Shown one piece after another: positions 9,067 to 18,825 of a DNA stretch of 64,000 bases; position 1 is the stretch's first letter, and every line of letters begins with the position of its first letter. The DNA comes from a candidate division WWE3 bacterium (GTDB lineage: Bacteria > Patescibacteriota > WWE3 > UBA101185 > UBA10185): the NCBI GenBank assembly GCA_052035175.1, contig JBPOHV010000001.1, positions 853,251 to 917,250 of the forward strand, given 5' to 3'. A model generated the notes under the pieces. The model was not told the DNA's origin. It worked only from the letters and a program-made list of their open reading frames with translations, and searched no databases. A program made the position numbers and the translations under genes.

Positions 9067-9437
9067 AAAAACAACTTATACCAATGATATATATTGCTTG
9101 ATTTAACATTACTACTTGTTCCTATACCTGCAGCGGAAATCACACTACTAGCTGAAGCACCCAAAACGTCATCCCCTGTTATAACGTACAAAGACTCTCC
9201 TGGTAAAACCATATTCAAATCTGTACGGGCACGGTCTTCTACATACCTATTGGTCTTTTTATAGTCTATTGAAGACTCAAGGGCTAGTTTTTTTGATTCC
9301 AGCTGGGTCACCTCAGTGTTTAACTCTTCCAAGCGTCTTGTGCTCTGTAATATAGCCAAAGTAGTCTTGGTAACGCTTATAGAAGCTAATAAGAGAAGTA
9401 TTGAAAAAAGTATGTATTTATGATGGGCAGACCTCAT
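9063..9437 (-). CDS. septum formation initiator (FtsB/DivIC family)
   Basis: TM helix, coiled coil, then YVEDRARTDLNMVLPGE. Confidence 0.8.
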   Translation of the reverse strand: MRSAHHKYILFSILLLLASISVTKTTLAILQSTRRLEELNTEVTQLESKKLALESSIDYKKTNRYVEDRARTDLNMVLPGESLYVITGDDVLGASASSVISAAGIGTSSNVKSSNIYHWYKLFF

Positions 9438-9529
9438 AGTTCTTACATTCTATAATAAACTAGTTAGCCAATACAATTGACGTTTAAAAGGTTGAATGCT
9501 ATTCTAACCCATAGCCCACAAGAGAATGT

Positions 9530-10408
9530 ATGTTAGACCTAAAAACAGCGCATAAACACTTTGTAGATCACCTGGAACAAGCAGGAAAAACAAAGTCTAC
9601 ACTTATTGCGTACAACAAAGATATAGAGCAGCTTATTGAATACCTTGAAAAAACAGGTTTTTCTATGATTTCTGAAATCGAATTGGACCACTTACAACAA
9701 TTTATGGATAACCTTGCAAAACAAGGCTACACCAACAAAACAATCTCACGCAAAACCAATGCAACCAAAACATTCTTCAAATTTGTAAAAGATGCCGGAC
9801 ACTTGGCAAGCAATATAGGTGAATTCTTGAAACACCCAAAACTAGAAAATAGAGCCCCTAGAATCTTATCCAAAATGGAGTATCGCGCTTTAAGAGATTC
9901 TACCCGTACTGATATTCGTACCTACGCTATGGTAGAAGTTCTTTTACAAACTGGTGTTACTATTTCTGAATTAGCTTCAATCGAAATTGCTCATGTAGAA
10001 CACGACCATGAAAAAGGTAAGCTTTTTATACCAAAAGTGAATAGCAAAGAATCAAGACATATACCTTTGAACAAAGCCGCTGTCGAAGCTATAAACAAAT
10101 ATAAAAATGAAGATAGACCTGGCATTGATAAAGCCATACATTTATTCATTACAAAAACTGGAAATCCGCTACTTATAAGAAACATAAGGTCAACTTTGAA
10201 TCGCTATTTCAAGATTGCAGGCATTGAAAACGCAACTGTAAACGATATAAGACATACTTTTGTAGCGCATCAATTGACTTTGGGTGTAAATATCATGCAC
10301 GTATCTAGAATTGCTGGTCACAAAAGATTATCTACTACCGAAAGATACCTCAATTACATCGAAATTCCTACAAATATTGGTATTAAAACCGATGTGGAAG
10401 TGCTTTAA
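9530..10408 (+). CDS. XerC/D-like tyrosine recombinase family protein with divergent active site
   Basis: SAM-like N-terminal domain, LLQTGVTISEL, NDIRHTF, AGHKRLSTTERY; promoter TTGACG-17-TATTCT at 9477-9505. Confidence 0.85.
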   Translation: MLDLKTAHKHFVDHLEQAGKTKSTLIAYNKDIEQLIEYLEKTGFSMISEIELDHLQQFMDNLAKQGYTNKTISRKTNATKTFFKFVKDAGHLASNIGEFLKHPKLENRAPRILSKMEYRALRDSTRTDIRTYAMVEVLLQTGVTISELASIEIAHVEHDHEKGKLFIPKVNSKESRHIPLNKAAVEAINKYKNEDRPGIDKAIHLFITKTGNPLLIRNIRSTLNRYFKIAGIENATVNDIRHTFVAHQLTLGVNIMHVSRIAGHKRLSTTERYLNYIEIPTNIGIKTDVEVL

Positions 10409-11184
10409 GTCTTTTTAAAAGATGGTCTAGTTCCTTTTAAAACTGGTTGTTTTAGCTTCGTTAAGAAGCGATTCCAATCTACTTGCCAGATATCATGGGC
10501 ATACCTTTTATCATCAAAAATCTTTACGAAGCCACAACTTTCAGCTACCCTTGCAGACTCTTTATTATTAGGTTCAATATAAGCTACTATAACTGCAGGA
10601 ACATTTACATGCCCATCATCCTCAATATCTTTGAAATCAGCCATATCGGCATAAACTTGATAAAGAGCTTGACGCACGCCAGAAGCCATCTGACCTTGGT
10701 TAGCGTTAGGATGCCTTACCCAGGATATTTGGAGGCGGGGACACTTTCTATTTGCAACTGTAGGCAAACTTTTCTCTAGTCTTTCTTTATCAAGACTATT
10801 GTGTAGATCATCATCGTTTACGTCCCGATAAATACTTACCCGACCTTGTAATTCACCTACTTCTCTATCATGATGCTTTACTGCTCTGCTCACATGAAAC
10901 ACAGCTGCTGCTTTTTCGGCAGTAAAATCAATACCATGCAACACATGATTAAGTGTATTAAAAGGGTCACCGTATTTAACTATTTGATCTTTGATAGAAT
11001 TAATTGTGGGCATATCTCCTGACACAGTAAAGCGTCTCCTGTATTCTCTAGAACTAGAAGTTTCCAAAACTCGCTGTACATCTTCTGGATCATTTGGATT
11101 AGCAGCACGTATAGCAGAGTTTTCACCAGCTATGTTGAATTGAGGAGTTTCTATTGGATATGTAGGAATAGTTTCTAAAGGCAT
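10405..11184 (-). CDS. hypothetical protein with C-terminal GNAT (RimJ/RimL-like) motif
   Basis: AYIEPNNKESARVAESCGFVK; the tracked start at 11220 lies inside tRNA-Ile, so ATG 11184 is used. Confidence 0.55.
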   Translation of the reverse strand: MPLETIPTYPIETPQFNIAGENSAIRAANPNDPEDVQRVLETSSSREYRRRFTVSGDMPTINSIKDQIVKYGDPFNTLNHVLHGIDFTAEKAAAVFHVSRAVKHHDREVGELQGRVSIYRDVNDDDLHNSLDKERLEKSLPTVANRKCPRLQISWVRHPNANQGQMASGVRQALYQVYADMADFKDIEDDGHVNVPAVIVAYIEPNNKESARVAESCGFVKIFDDKRYAHDIWQVDWNRFLTKLKQPVLKGTRPSFKKT

Positions 11185-11193
11185 TAAATTAAA

Positions 11194-11270
11194 TGGTGGG
11201 TGATCGTGGATTTGAACCACGGACCACTCGTGTATAAGACGAGCGCTCTAACCAACTGAGCTAATCACCC
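11194..11270 (-). tRNA. tRNA-Ile (TAT)
   Basis: Revcomp GGGTGATTAGCTCAGTTGGTTAGAGCGCTCGTCTTATACACGAGTGGTCCGTGGTTCAAATCCACGATCACCCACCA; stem CTCGT/ACGAG, loop CT-TAT-AC, A73. Confidence 0.9.
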
Positions 11271-11279
11271 ATAAGAAAC

Positions 11280-11606
11280 CTAAACTTTGCCTTTGGCTTT
11301 GCGAGCAGCTTCCCAATCGCGATCTTGGTCTTTTTCGATCATACGTAACAATTCTTCGACGCATTCTAGCAAAGCGTGTTCCAAAGAATTGTCGGTTTCG
11401 TCTGTAAAGTACTCTTTCCCGTTTAGATTTGCAACTACCTTGACGGCAAATGCACCATCATGAACTGTATCTATGACTACACGCGCATAGCAAGCGTCTT
11501 CAGGTAAATTCGCATAACGAGAAGCCAGCCTTTCAAATTTTTGCTCGACCAAAGAAACCATACTATCAGACACTTCTATATTTGTAGATGTAACTTGAAA
11601 TTTCAT
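11280..11606 (-). CDS. hpf: ribosome hibernation factor HPF/RaiA family (short form)
   Basis: MKFQVTSTNIEVSDSMVSLVEQKFERL N-terminus and size typical of the S30AE/RaiA family. Confidence 0.75.
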   Translation of the reverse strand: MKFQVTSTNIEVSDSMVSLVEQKFERLASRYANLPEDACYARVVIDTVHDGAFAVKVVANLNGKEYFTDETDNSLEHALLECVEELLRMIEKDQDRDWEAARKAKGKV

Positions 11607-11623
11607 AATCTGATTTTACCAGA

Positions 11624-11875
11624 TTATCGGGCAGGAAATATTTGATTACCAGCTTCGTCAAACAAAAGGATTGCTTGAGTTGGGCAAGATTGTGCAGCTG
11701 TAATCAATTCATCATCTGAAACACTAAGTGCTCCTGGTAAAACTGTGGCGATTCCATCATTGTCTAAAGCAAATGCATTTGGCGAAATGACAACACAAGT
11801 CGCTGCCCCAATACAAGCATTTCTATCTATCTGAACTTTTGCTACTTTTCTATTTGGAGTTGTATTTTCTGACAT
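11624..11875 (-). CDS. ferredoxin (single cluster, likely 3Fe-4S)
   Basis: IDRNACIGAATC...AAQSCPTQAI (CxxAxxC...CP). Confidence 0.85.
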   Translation of the reverse strand: MSENTTPNRKVAKVQIDRNACIGAATCVVISPNAFALDNDGIATVLPGALSVSDDELITAAQSCPTQAILLFDEAGNQIFPAR

Positions 11876-11877
11876 AT

Positions 11878-12147
11878 TTAACTTTCTGGAAAATTTATTA
11901 CTTCGTTTACGCGCTCTACCATCTCGTCTATTTCTTCATCAGACATACCATGAGTCTTTGCGCCTGACTCAATTGTATCAAATGCACTTGCAAAACAACC
12001 AATACAATGCAGACCATAGTCCATCAAAACTTCTGCGGCGTCAGGATATTGGTACGCAAAGTCTGCGATATTAGTTTCGCGCGTAATTACTACTGGCACT
12101 GCTGCCGAAGGAGTTGGTTGTGTTGCAGTTTCGTTAGTTTTTGGCAT
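11878..12147 (-). CDS. DUF1858 / hybrid-cluster-associated redox disulfide domain protein
   Basis: YPDAAEVLMDYGLHCIGCFASAFDTIESGAKTHG; ATG 12147 preceded by GAGGT. Confidence 0.8.
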   Translation of the reverse strand: MPKTNETATQPTPSAAVPVVITRETNIADFAYQYPDAAEVLMDYGLHCIGCFASAFDTIESGAKTHGMSDEEIDEMVERVNEVINFPES

Positions 12148-12505
12148 ATACCTCATTTGCTTTTGATAAAGCTTCCAATACAAGTTCTGCACATTTAATA
12201 CGACTAGTTGTAAGATCATCACCAAATATATCTACAACCTCTTTTTTTGTTACAGATGTAGCATCAAGTATAGACTTTCCAATAATCTTATCCAAAACTA
12301 AATCGGCTGATACTTGGCTAACCATGCACATTTCCCCAGAAAACTTTGCATCTTTCACTTTAGTATCTTCTATTTGTAACATTAATGTCATACTATCTCC
12401 ACAAGCAGGGTTTTTCTGGTCAACAACAACGCTTGCGCTATCTAGTGTCCCCATATGAGTCGGATTTTTATATATGTCTAATAATTCTTCTCGATATAAA
12501 TTCAT
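12134..12505 (-). CDS. sufU: SufU/NifU-like Fe-S assembly protein
   Basis: LYREELLDIYKNP, NPACGD, CMVSQVSAD, RIKCA; located in the suf operon. Confidence 0.85.
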   Translation of the reverse strand: MNLYREELLDIYKNPTHMGTLDSASVVVDQKNPACGDSMTLMLQIEDTKVKDAKFSGEMCMVSQVSADLVLDKIIGKSILDATSVTKKEVVDIFGDDLTTSRIKCAELVLEALSKANEVYAKN

Positions 12506-12509
12506 AAAC

Positions 12510-13775
12510 TTAACTTAATATCCGATAAACTTTGTGCAATCCTTTTATCAGGTTATCCATATCTTCGCGCGTATTGTACAAATACATGCTCGCACGCACT
12601 GTAGCTGGAATATTTAAAGCTTTATGCAAAGGTATAGTGCAATGATGTCCAGATCTCACTGCAACCCCCTCAGAATTCAAAACAGCAGCAATATCGTGAG
12701 CGTGCAAGCCTTTGATATAAAAAGAGAGCAATCCAGTTTTTATTTCTGTATTCGCATTTCCAATTAAGGTTAATCCTTTAAAATCATTTTCTGTTAATTT
12801 TTGCAAAAGATAATCTAGCAACATTCGTTCATGAATCAAAATTTCATCAGGTTCAAAAGATGTTAAGTAATCAATCGCAGCGTGCAAACCAATTGCGCCT
12901 GCGATATCTGGAGTTCCAGCCTCAAACTTTTCTGGAACGGCTTTCCAAGTAGGTGTTAATGTAGACATTTCTAGATCCAAAATCATTCCACCGCCTACTT
13001 GATAAGCAGGCATATCTTGAAGTAATTTTTGTTTTCCGTATAAAACACCAATTCCAGTAGGCCCTAGCATTTTATGCCCAGAGAATGCATAAAAATCACA
13101 ATCCAAATTATGTACATCTACCTTCATGTTAGGAATCGCCTGTGCGCCATCAATAAAAGTTAAAATGTTGTTGTCTTTGGCTATTTTACAAAGTTTATGT
13201 GCAGGAAAAATTATTCCCAAAACATTAGAAGCATGTGGAAAAGCCAAAACTTTTACACGCTCATCAATATTCTGAGAAATACTCGAAATAATATCTTTAT
13301 GTGTAATGTTAGCTAAATTCTCTTGATCAATATTTAGATCTGCAATACGTAAAGTGGCACCTGTTTTTTTACACACCTCAACCCATGGTAAGAAGTTACT
13401 ATGGTGCTCGGCTAATGTAACCAAGACTACATCACCTTTTTTCAAATTTTGCATTCCCCAGGTATTTGCTACTAGATTAACACTCTCAGAGGTATTTCTC
13501 GTAAAGAGAATGTTATTTGAATTAGTATTCAAAAACAAACCCACTCTCTTACGCGCACTTTCATAAGCTTCAGAAGCCAACTCGCTAAGTGTATGAATAC
13601 CTCGGTGAACGTTTGCATTTTTCGATTGGTAATAATCAGAAATGGCATTAATAACTTGCAAAGGCTTCTGACTAGTCGCTGCATTGTCCAAATAAGAAAT
13701 GTTTGGATAATTTGCGAATATTGGGAAGTCAGTTTTGTTAAATAATGGGGAATTAGGTTTGTTGAAATTAGACAT
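12510..13775 (-). CDS. sufS: cysteine desulfurase SufS
   Basis: YLDNAATSQKP, EHHSN, FSGHKMLGPTG, RSGHHC. Confidence 0.95.
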   Translation of the reverse strand: MSNFNKPNSPLFNKTDFPIFANYPNISYLDNAATSQKPLQVINAISDYYQSKNANVHRGIHTLSELASEAYESARKRVGLFLNTNSNNILFTRNTSESVNLVANTWGMQNLKKGDVVLVTLAEHHSNFLPWVEVCKKTGATLRIADLNIDQENLANITHKDIISSISQNIDERVKVLAFPHASNVLGIIFPAHKLCKIAKDNNILTFIDGAQAIPNMKVDVHNLDCDFYAFSGHKMLGPTGIGVLYGKQKLLQDMPAYQVGGGMILDLEMSTLTPTWKAVPEKFEAGTPDIAGAIGLHAAIDYLTSFEPDEILIHERMLLDYLLQKLTENDFKGLTLIGNANTEIKTGLLSFYIKGLHAHDIAAVLNSEGVAVRSGHHCTIPLHKALNIPATVRASMYLYNTREDMDNLIKGLHKVYRILS

Positions 13776-13778
13776 AAT

Positions 13779-14381
13779 CTATAATAATGATAATACTTCT
13801 TTCAAGTTAGTAGCTAAAGTGTCATCATCCAACTTAGATAAACTACTTTCAAAAAAACCAGAAACTATGAGATCGGTGGCTTCATCTGTAGAGAGTCCAC
13901 GGCTTTTCAAATAATATAATTCTGCTTCGTTGAGTCGTCCGGTAGTTGCACCGTGAGAAGCTTTTACATCATTTGCTTCTATTTCCAAAATAGGTTGTGA
14001 ATTATTTCTAGTATCATCACCTATTACCAAAACATTGTGATATAAAAAAGAACTAGTATTTTGAGCATCTTTTTTTATGAGTATTTTGCCAACAAAATCT
14101 GATTGCGCGCCGTTTTCCAAAACCCCTTTTATAGCAGTTGTACAACTAGTGTTTGGAGCTTGGTGGTTTGCAATAGTTGAAAATTTTACAGTATTATCTT
14201 TTGGCAAGCGATATAACCCAATAATTTCTGCGGTTACACCTTGAGTATCAAAGACAGCTTCAAAAACAGCAGATTCTTTTAATTGTGAAGTATCAATCAA
14301 AAATCTTGTATCTTCACTTACATTAACACTTAAGTCTTTTGTAAGTTTTACGATTTGATTTTGCAATTTGTTACCCGACAT
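13779..14381 (-). CDS. sufD: Fe-S assembly protein SufD (short form)
   Basis: PILEIEANDVKASHGATTG, YYLKSRGL; between sufB and sufS. Confidence 0.85.
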   Translation of the reverse strand: MSGNKLQNQIVKLTKDLSVNVSEDTRFLIDTSQLKESAVFEAVFDTQGVTAEIIGLYRLPKDNTVKFSTIANHQAPNTSCTTAIKGVLENGAQSDFVGKILIKKDAQNTSSFLYHNVLVIGDDTRNNSQPILEIEANDVKASHGATTGRLNEAELYYLKSRGLSTDEATDLIVSGFFESSLSKLDDDTLATNLKEVLSLL

Positions 14382-15781
14382 TAGCCTACCGATCCTTCCA
14401 TTTCCAACTCAATCAATCTGTTTAGCTCGACAGCATATTCCATAGGAAGTTCTTTTACAATCGGCTCGATAAAACCTGACACAATCAAACTCATGGCTTC
14501 TGGCTCAGACAAGCCACGGCTCATAAGATAAAACATTTTTTCTTCGCCAATTTTGCTTACAGTAGCTTCATGTTCAATATTAGCTCCGCTTTCATCTATT
14601 CTCATAACGGGAAACGTATCGGTTGCAGAAATATCATCTAAGATAAGCGCATCACATTCGACGCGGCTTTTTGCATTTGTAGCCAATGGACTCACATGCA
14701 CTAAGCCACGATAACTAGACCGGCCACCACCCAAACTTACCGATTTTGAGATAATCCTAGAAGACGTATTTGGGGCAAGATGTAACATTTTTGCACCTGC
14801 GTCTTGATGTTGACCTTTGTTTGCATAAGCAATAGACAAAACTTCGCCTTTTGCACCCTCGCCTACCAAGTAACAGCTGGGGTATTTCATTGTAACTTTT
14901 GCACCTAAATTGCCGTCTACCCATTCCATCACTGCATCTTTTTCTACACGTGCTCTTTTTGTAACCAAGTTGTAAACGTCGTTTGACCAATTTTGAATTG
15001 TTGTATATCTAAATCTCGCCCCAGGTTTCACGATGACCTCGACAACTGCAGAATGCAAAGAGTCTGAAGAATAAACTGGCGCGGTACAACCTTCTACATA
15101 ATGAGCAAAACTACCTTCGTCAGCAATTATAAGAGTACGCTCAAACTGACCCATATTTTGCGCATTGATTCTGAAATAGGCTTGCAATGGCCTTTTGACG
15201 TGAGTATTTTTTGGAATATACACAAAAGAACCACCAGACCATGCGGCGCTGTTTAATGCTGAAAATTTATTGTCTGCGGCTGGTATCACTGTACCAAAGT
15301 ATTCTTTTACTAAATCTGGATATTTTTGCAAAGCTTCGTCTGTGGACAAAAATATAACGCCTTCTTCTTCGAGTTCTTTTTGTAAAGAAGAATAAATAAC
15401 GCTCGAATCGTATTGTGCTTTTACACCAGACAAAAATTCTCTTTCGGCTTGAGGCACGCCCAAACGATCAAAAGTGGTTTTTATATCTTGAGGCACGTCT
15501 TCCCATGTCTTTTTTTCGTTACCTGCGGGCTTTAGATAATAATAAATTTCGTCAAAGTTTATATCAGATAGCTCTGCTCCCCACTTGGGCATTGGTTTAT
15601 TTAAAAATGCTTGATATGCGTTGAGTCTGTATTCAAGCATCCAGTCTGGTTCATTTTTGGCTGCAGAAATGGCGCGCACTACACCTTCGTCGATGCCTTT
15701 TTTTGATTTTGAAGAAGGATCTTCGGGCATATTGAAACCGAATTGAGTTTTGTAATCGTTTCTAAAATCGACTTGTGACAT
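14381..15781 (-). CDS. sufB: Fe-S assembly protein SufB
   Basis: [39 protein letters not shown]...GSVG. Confidence 0.97.
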   Translation of the reverse strand: MSQVDFRNDYKTQFGFNMPEDPSSKSKKGIDEGVVRAISAAKNEPDWMLEYRLNAYQAFLNKPMPKWGAELSDINFDEIYYYLKPAGNEKKTWEDVPQDIKTTFDRLGVPQAEREFLSGVKAQYDSSVIYSSLQKELEEEGVIFLSTDEALQKYPDLVKEYFGTVIPAADNKFSALNSAAWSGGSFVYIPKNTHVKRPLQAYFRINAQNMGQFERTLIIADEGSFAHYVEGCTAPVYSSDSLHSAVVEVIVKPGARFRYTTIQNWSNDVYNLVTKRARVEKDAVMEWVDGNLGAKVTMKYPSCYLVGEGAKGEVLSIAYANKGQHQDAGAKMLHLAPNTSSRIISKSVSLGGGRSSYRGLVHVSPLATNAKSRVECDALILDDISATDTFPVMRIDESGANIEHEATVSKIGEEKMFYLMSRGLSEPEAMSLIVSGFIEPIVKELPMEYAVELNRLIELEMEGSVG

Positions 15782-16506
15782 TAAAGTTCTGCGTAGCCTT
15801 TTTGCTCTATAGTATGAGCCAAAGAAGCATCACCGCTCTTTATAATTTTACCTTTTTGCATAATGTGGACGTGGTCGACATTTATATGTGTGAGAATTCT
15901 TGCGTAATGTGTGATTATCAAAAATGCTGTGTTATTAGTTTTTTTCAAATGCCCTACAGCGTTTCCAACTATTTTTAGAGCATCGACATCCAAACCACTA
16001 TCTACTTCGTCTAGAATAACTAGCTTTGGTTCGATTACAAGCATTTGCAACATTTCCATACGTTTCTTTTCTCCACCAGAAAAACCTTCATTCAGAGATC
16101 TATCTGCAAAGTCTGCAGACACATCTAACATTTCCATTTTTTCTTTTAAAATATCTCTGAATTTAATCGGCGAAAGATTTGTAGAATGGTGCTTGTTATA
16201 AAGCATTCGCAAATAATTTCTTATAGAAACTCCTGGAATTTCACTAGGATATTGAAAAGATAAAAATAAGCCAGACAAAGACCTTTCATTTGGTTCCATC
16301 TCAAAAAGGTTCTTCCCGTTAAGGGAAACTGTGCCAGCAACAACTTCGTATGCAGTATTTCCCATCAAAACCTGAGATAACGTACTCTTCCCAGAACCAT
16401 TTTGACCCATCAACGCATGTGACTCGCCAGAATTTATCTCAAGATCTACACCATTTAAAATCGAGATTTCTTCTATTTTTGCGTGTAAGTTTTTTATCTT
16501 TAACAT
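15781..16506 (-). CDS. sufC: Fe-S assembly ATPase SufC
   Basis: [39 protein letters not shown]. Confidence 0.97.
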   Translation of the reverse strand: MLKIKNLHAKIEEISILNGVDLEINSGESHALMGQNGSGKSTLSQVLMGNTAYEVVAGTVSLNGKNLFEMEPNERSLSGLFLSFQYPSEIPGVSIRNYLRMLYNKHHSTNLSPIKFRDILKEKMEMLDVSADFADRSLNEGFSGGEKKRMEMLQMLVIEPKLVILDEVDSGLDVDALKIVGNAVGHLKKTNNTAFLIITHYARILTHINVDHVHIMQKGKIIKSGDASLAHTIEQKGYAEL

Positions 16507-16534
16507 ATTAATCTTTAACTATTTATTTCTATAA

Positions 16535-16819
16535 CTACTCGATATTTAAGTTTACATTAGTCAAAACACATTCTTTATGATAAATGGAACATATCGGATT
16601 TATTTCATATTTCACTTCTTTACCGTGTTTTTTATTAGTCAAAAGCCCCAGCTGTTTCATTTCCTTTAAGTGGTAAGAAACTGTAGGCTGTGTAAGTCCC
16701 ACAACTCGCACCAACTCGGTCACAGACGCAGAACCGTGGTCTTTTAAAAATCTATATATTTGCATTCGTGACTCTACTCCGAGCCCTGAAAAGCATTTTA
16801 CGCATGATGTCATTTGCAC
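16535..16819 (-). CDS. ArsR/SmtB-family regulator heading the suf operon
   Basis: R..I...L, HTH VTELVRVVGLTQPTVSYHL; Cys pairs at both ends. Confidence 0.85.
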   Translation of the reverse strand: MQMTSCVKCFSGLGVESRMQIYRFLKDHGSASVTELVRVVGLTQPTVSYHLKEMKQLGLLTNKKHGKEVKYEINPICSIYHKECVLTNVNLNIE

Positions 16820-16854
16820 GTATAGATAATATTCGATATGTGCTGATAAGTCAA
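16819..16854 (-). promoter_or_regulatory. suf operon promoter with overlapping palindromic operator
   Basis: Minus strand TTGACT-17-TATTAT, 6 nt before GTG; imperfect palindrome CGTATAGA-N6-TCGATATG at 16819-16840. Confidence 0.6.
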
Positions 16855-17018
16855 CTTATTGCTGAGACTAAGCGCCTACGCAAAAGGCTTTTCTCAATCT
16901 TAGCTTTGCTTTAAAAATCTTTTCTCGCTTTGGCGCTGCATATACCCTGCACTCGAAAACTCTTTTTTGCGCAAAGCTCTATTGGTTTAAATCTAATTTA
17001 TGAGTAAAATAGTCTTAT

Positions 17019-17906
17019 ATGAAAAGACTTAAAGCATTTTTTTACATCATAAATAAAAGTATCTCTGATCCTATGTGGTACAAAGACATGTTGAACACCA
17101 CCATGTCATTTAGCATGAAATATTTATTTTCATTAGCATTCTTATTATCAATCTTGGTTACAGGCAATTTGTATTTCACACTTGTACCCGAGGTAAATAA
17201 AGGCCTATCGACACTGATAAAGGAAGCCAAATTAGCATATCCACAAGATTTGGTAATAGAAATAAAAGATGGGCAATGGTTTATAAATAGACCAGAACCT
17301 TTTGTAGTACCTCTCCCAAAGACTTTTGAGAGTACAGAGTCCAATCTTCAAAAGACACCAAAGAATTTCATCGTTATGTACAAAGCAGGAACTTTAGATG
17401 ATTTGGAAAGATTCGATACTTTTATATTAGTAAACAATGTGAATGTAATAGTAAGGAATAACAACAAAATAGAAGCTTACCCAATAAAAGATGCGCAAGA
17501 CGGGAAATTGGATTACACGACTTATATATCTGCCATAGACCAACTAAGTTCGTATACTGTTTACGTAGCTCCTGTAATGCTTTCTCTTATTTTTGTCGTG
17601 GTTTTCTTGGCAAACTCGTTGTTTAGATTGATCCCTATCTTTATATCGACTATATTTGTGTGGATTATTGCAAAAGCTTTGGCCAATCAAACAAAAACTG
17701 GGTATATAACCGATTTCAACAAGATATATCGTGTGGTTTTGCATACTTCTACGTTGCCTATCCTTTTGAGTGTTGTAATGCCGTTATTGCCTCAGCAAAT
17801 AACAACTACTCAAAGCTTTGTTACGCTAATGGCGTATTTACCAACTGCTTATATAATAGGTTTTAGCGTTTATGTGCTGTCAAAGCTAAGTAATCAAAAA
17901 GCCTAA
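17019..17906 (+). CDS. membrane protein, DUF1189-like
   Basis: N-terminal TM, soluble loop (P.F.IKDG-like IEIKDGQW), 3-4 C-terminal TMs. Confidence 0.6.
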   Translation: MKRLKAFFYIINKSISDPMWYKDMLNTTMSFSMKYLFSLAFLLSILVTGNLYFTLVPEVNKGLSTLIKEAKLAYPQDLVIEIKDGQWFINRPEPFVVPLPKTFESTESNLQKTPKNFIVMYKAGTLDDLERFDTFILVNNVNVIVRNNNKIEAYPIKDAQDGKLDYTTYISAIDQLSSYTVYVAPVMLSLIFVVVFLANSLFRLIPIFISTIFVWIIAKALANQTKTGYITDFNKIYRVVLHTSTLPILLSVVMPLLPQQITTTQSFVTLMAYLPTAYIIGFSVYVLSKLSNQKA

Positions 17907-18604
17907 AAAACTTGCGATATTATCTTTTTTTCTTCAAAATTTATTACGTTTGGATCAGCGTGGATTGCTTGTGAAGTAAGTGCAATATGGGTTTCTAGAG
18001 AGATAAAAGGTTTTGAAATATGCTCAGACATGGCATCTATTTTTACCCAACAAAAACTACCTTCATCATTGTTTCGTAATTTACCTTTGGGATTTTTTAT
18101 AACAAAGAAGTGTAAAAATTTATCTTCTAACAAATCTCCCGCCGGTGAATATACTCTTTCGTGTGTAATTGAAAACAATGTGGGAATACCTTTTAGATTA
18201 GTTTCTTGTTTGAGTTCACGATGTGCTGTTTCATAAATGCTTTCACCATAATCTACTTTGCCACTCATATAGCCTTGGCAACCATAAAACGGATGTTTTA
18301 AACGTGTATGAATCAAAGCTTCTGTATTCTTTTTACGCAAACATATCAAAATTACTGCTATTTTAGCTTGAAGCTTGAGGCTACTGTTGGTATCTATACG
18401 ATTGGCAAACTCTTTACCCAAAGCAGTCAAGCTGTACAAACCATCTTTTTTTGAAATATATCCTGTAGTGATCAATTGCTTTAGATGAAAGTTAAAGCTA
18501 TTGTTTTCGATAGTACTGTATGGCTTTAATATTGAATACGTAAGATCTGGTGAAAATAATAGTTTTTCTAGGATTTTTAATTGTAAATCATGAAACTGTT
18601 TCAT
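17903..18604 (-). CDS. winged-HTH + NUDIX fusion protein
   Basis: N-terminal FNFHLKQL...YSLTALGKE wHTH; Nudix box GKVDYGESIYETAHRELKQETNL. Confidence 0.8.
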   Translation of the reverse strand: MKQFHDLQLKILEKLLFSPDLTYSILKPYSTIENNSFNFHLKQLITTGYISKKDGLYSLTALGKEFANRIDTNSSLKLQAKIAVILICLRKKNTEALIHTRLKHPFYGCQGYMSGKVDYGESIYETAHRELKQETNLKGIPTLFSITHERVYSPAGDLLEDKFLHFFVIKNPKGKLRNNDEGSFCWVKIDAMSEHISKPFISLETHIALTSQAIHADPNVINFEEKKIISQVF

Positions 18605-18718
18605 TCAGATAATAAATACACTAATTGCCCATTGTTGAAAAGGCAAGTTTAGTTGTCCTAATGAATATGTTATGAACAAAGTCTAAATGCTATGATAAAA
18701 TCCTAGTGTTTATAGAGG

Positions 18719-18780
18719 CATTCCCCTGTCTGGCTAAAGCCAGCGCCTACGGCTAATGCGCAGTGGTGGAACAGGAAGCT
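18719..18780 (+). pseudogene. degenerate 5' half of tRNA-Asn interrupted by a ~30-nt palindromic insert
   Basis: CATTCCCCTGT and CAGTGGTGGAACAGGAAGCT match the downstream tRNA (CATTCCCCTGT...CAATGGTGGAGCAGGAAGCT). Confidence 0.65.
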
Positions 18781-18825
18781 TTATTGAAAAAATAGATATT
18801 AAAAAACAAGATAGTAATAGGTCAT

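Noticed and set aside
9530-10408. Recombinase as a prophage or island integrase next to tRNAs
   Set aside because: No phage or cargo genes and no duplicated tRNA 3' end nearby; it has Xer-like size and a degenerate active site.
11185-11220. Tracked N-terminal extension of ORF 10405-11220
   Set aside because: Lies inside tRNA-Ile; ATG 11184 is the plausible start.
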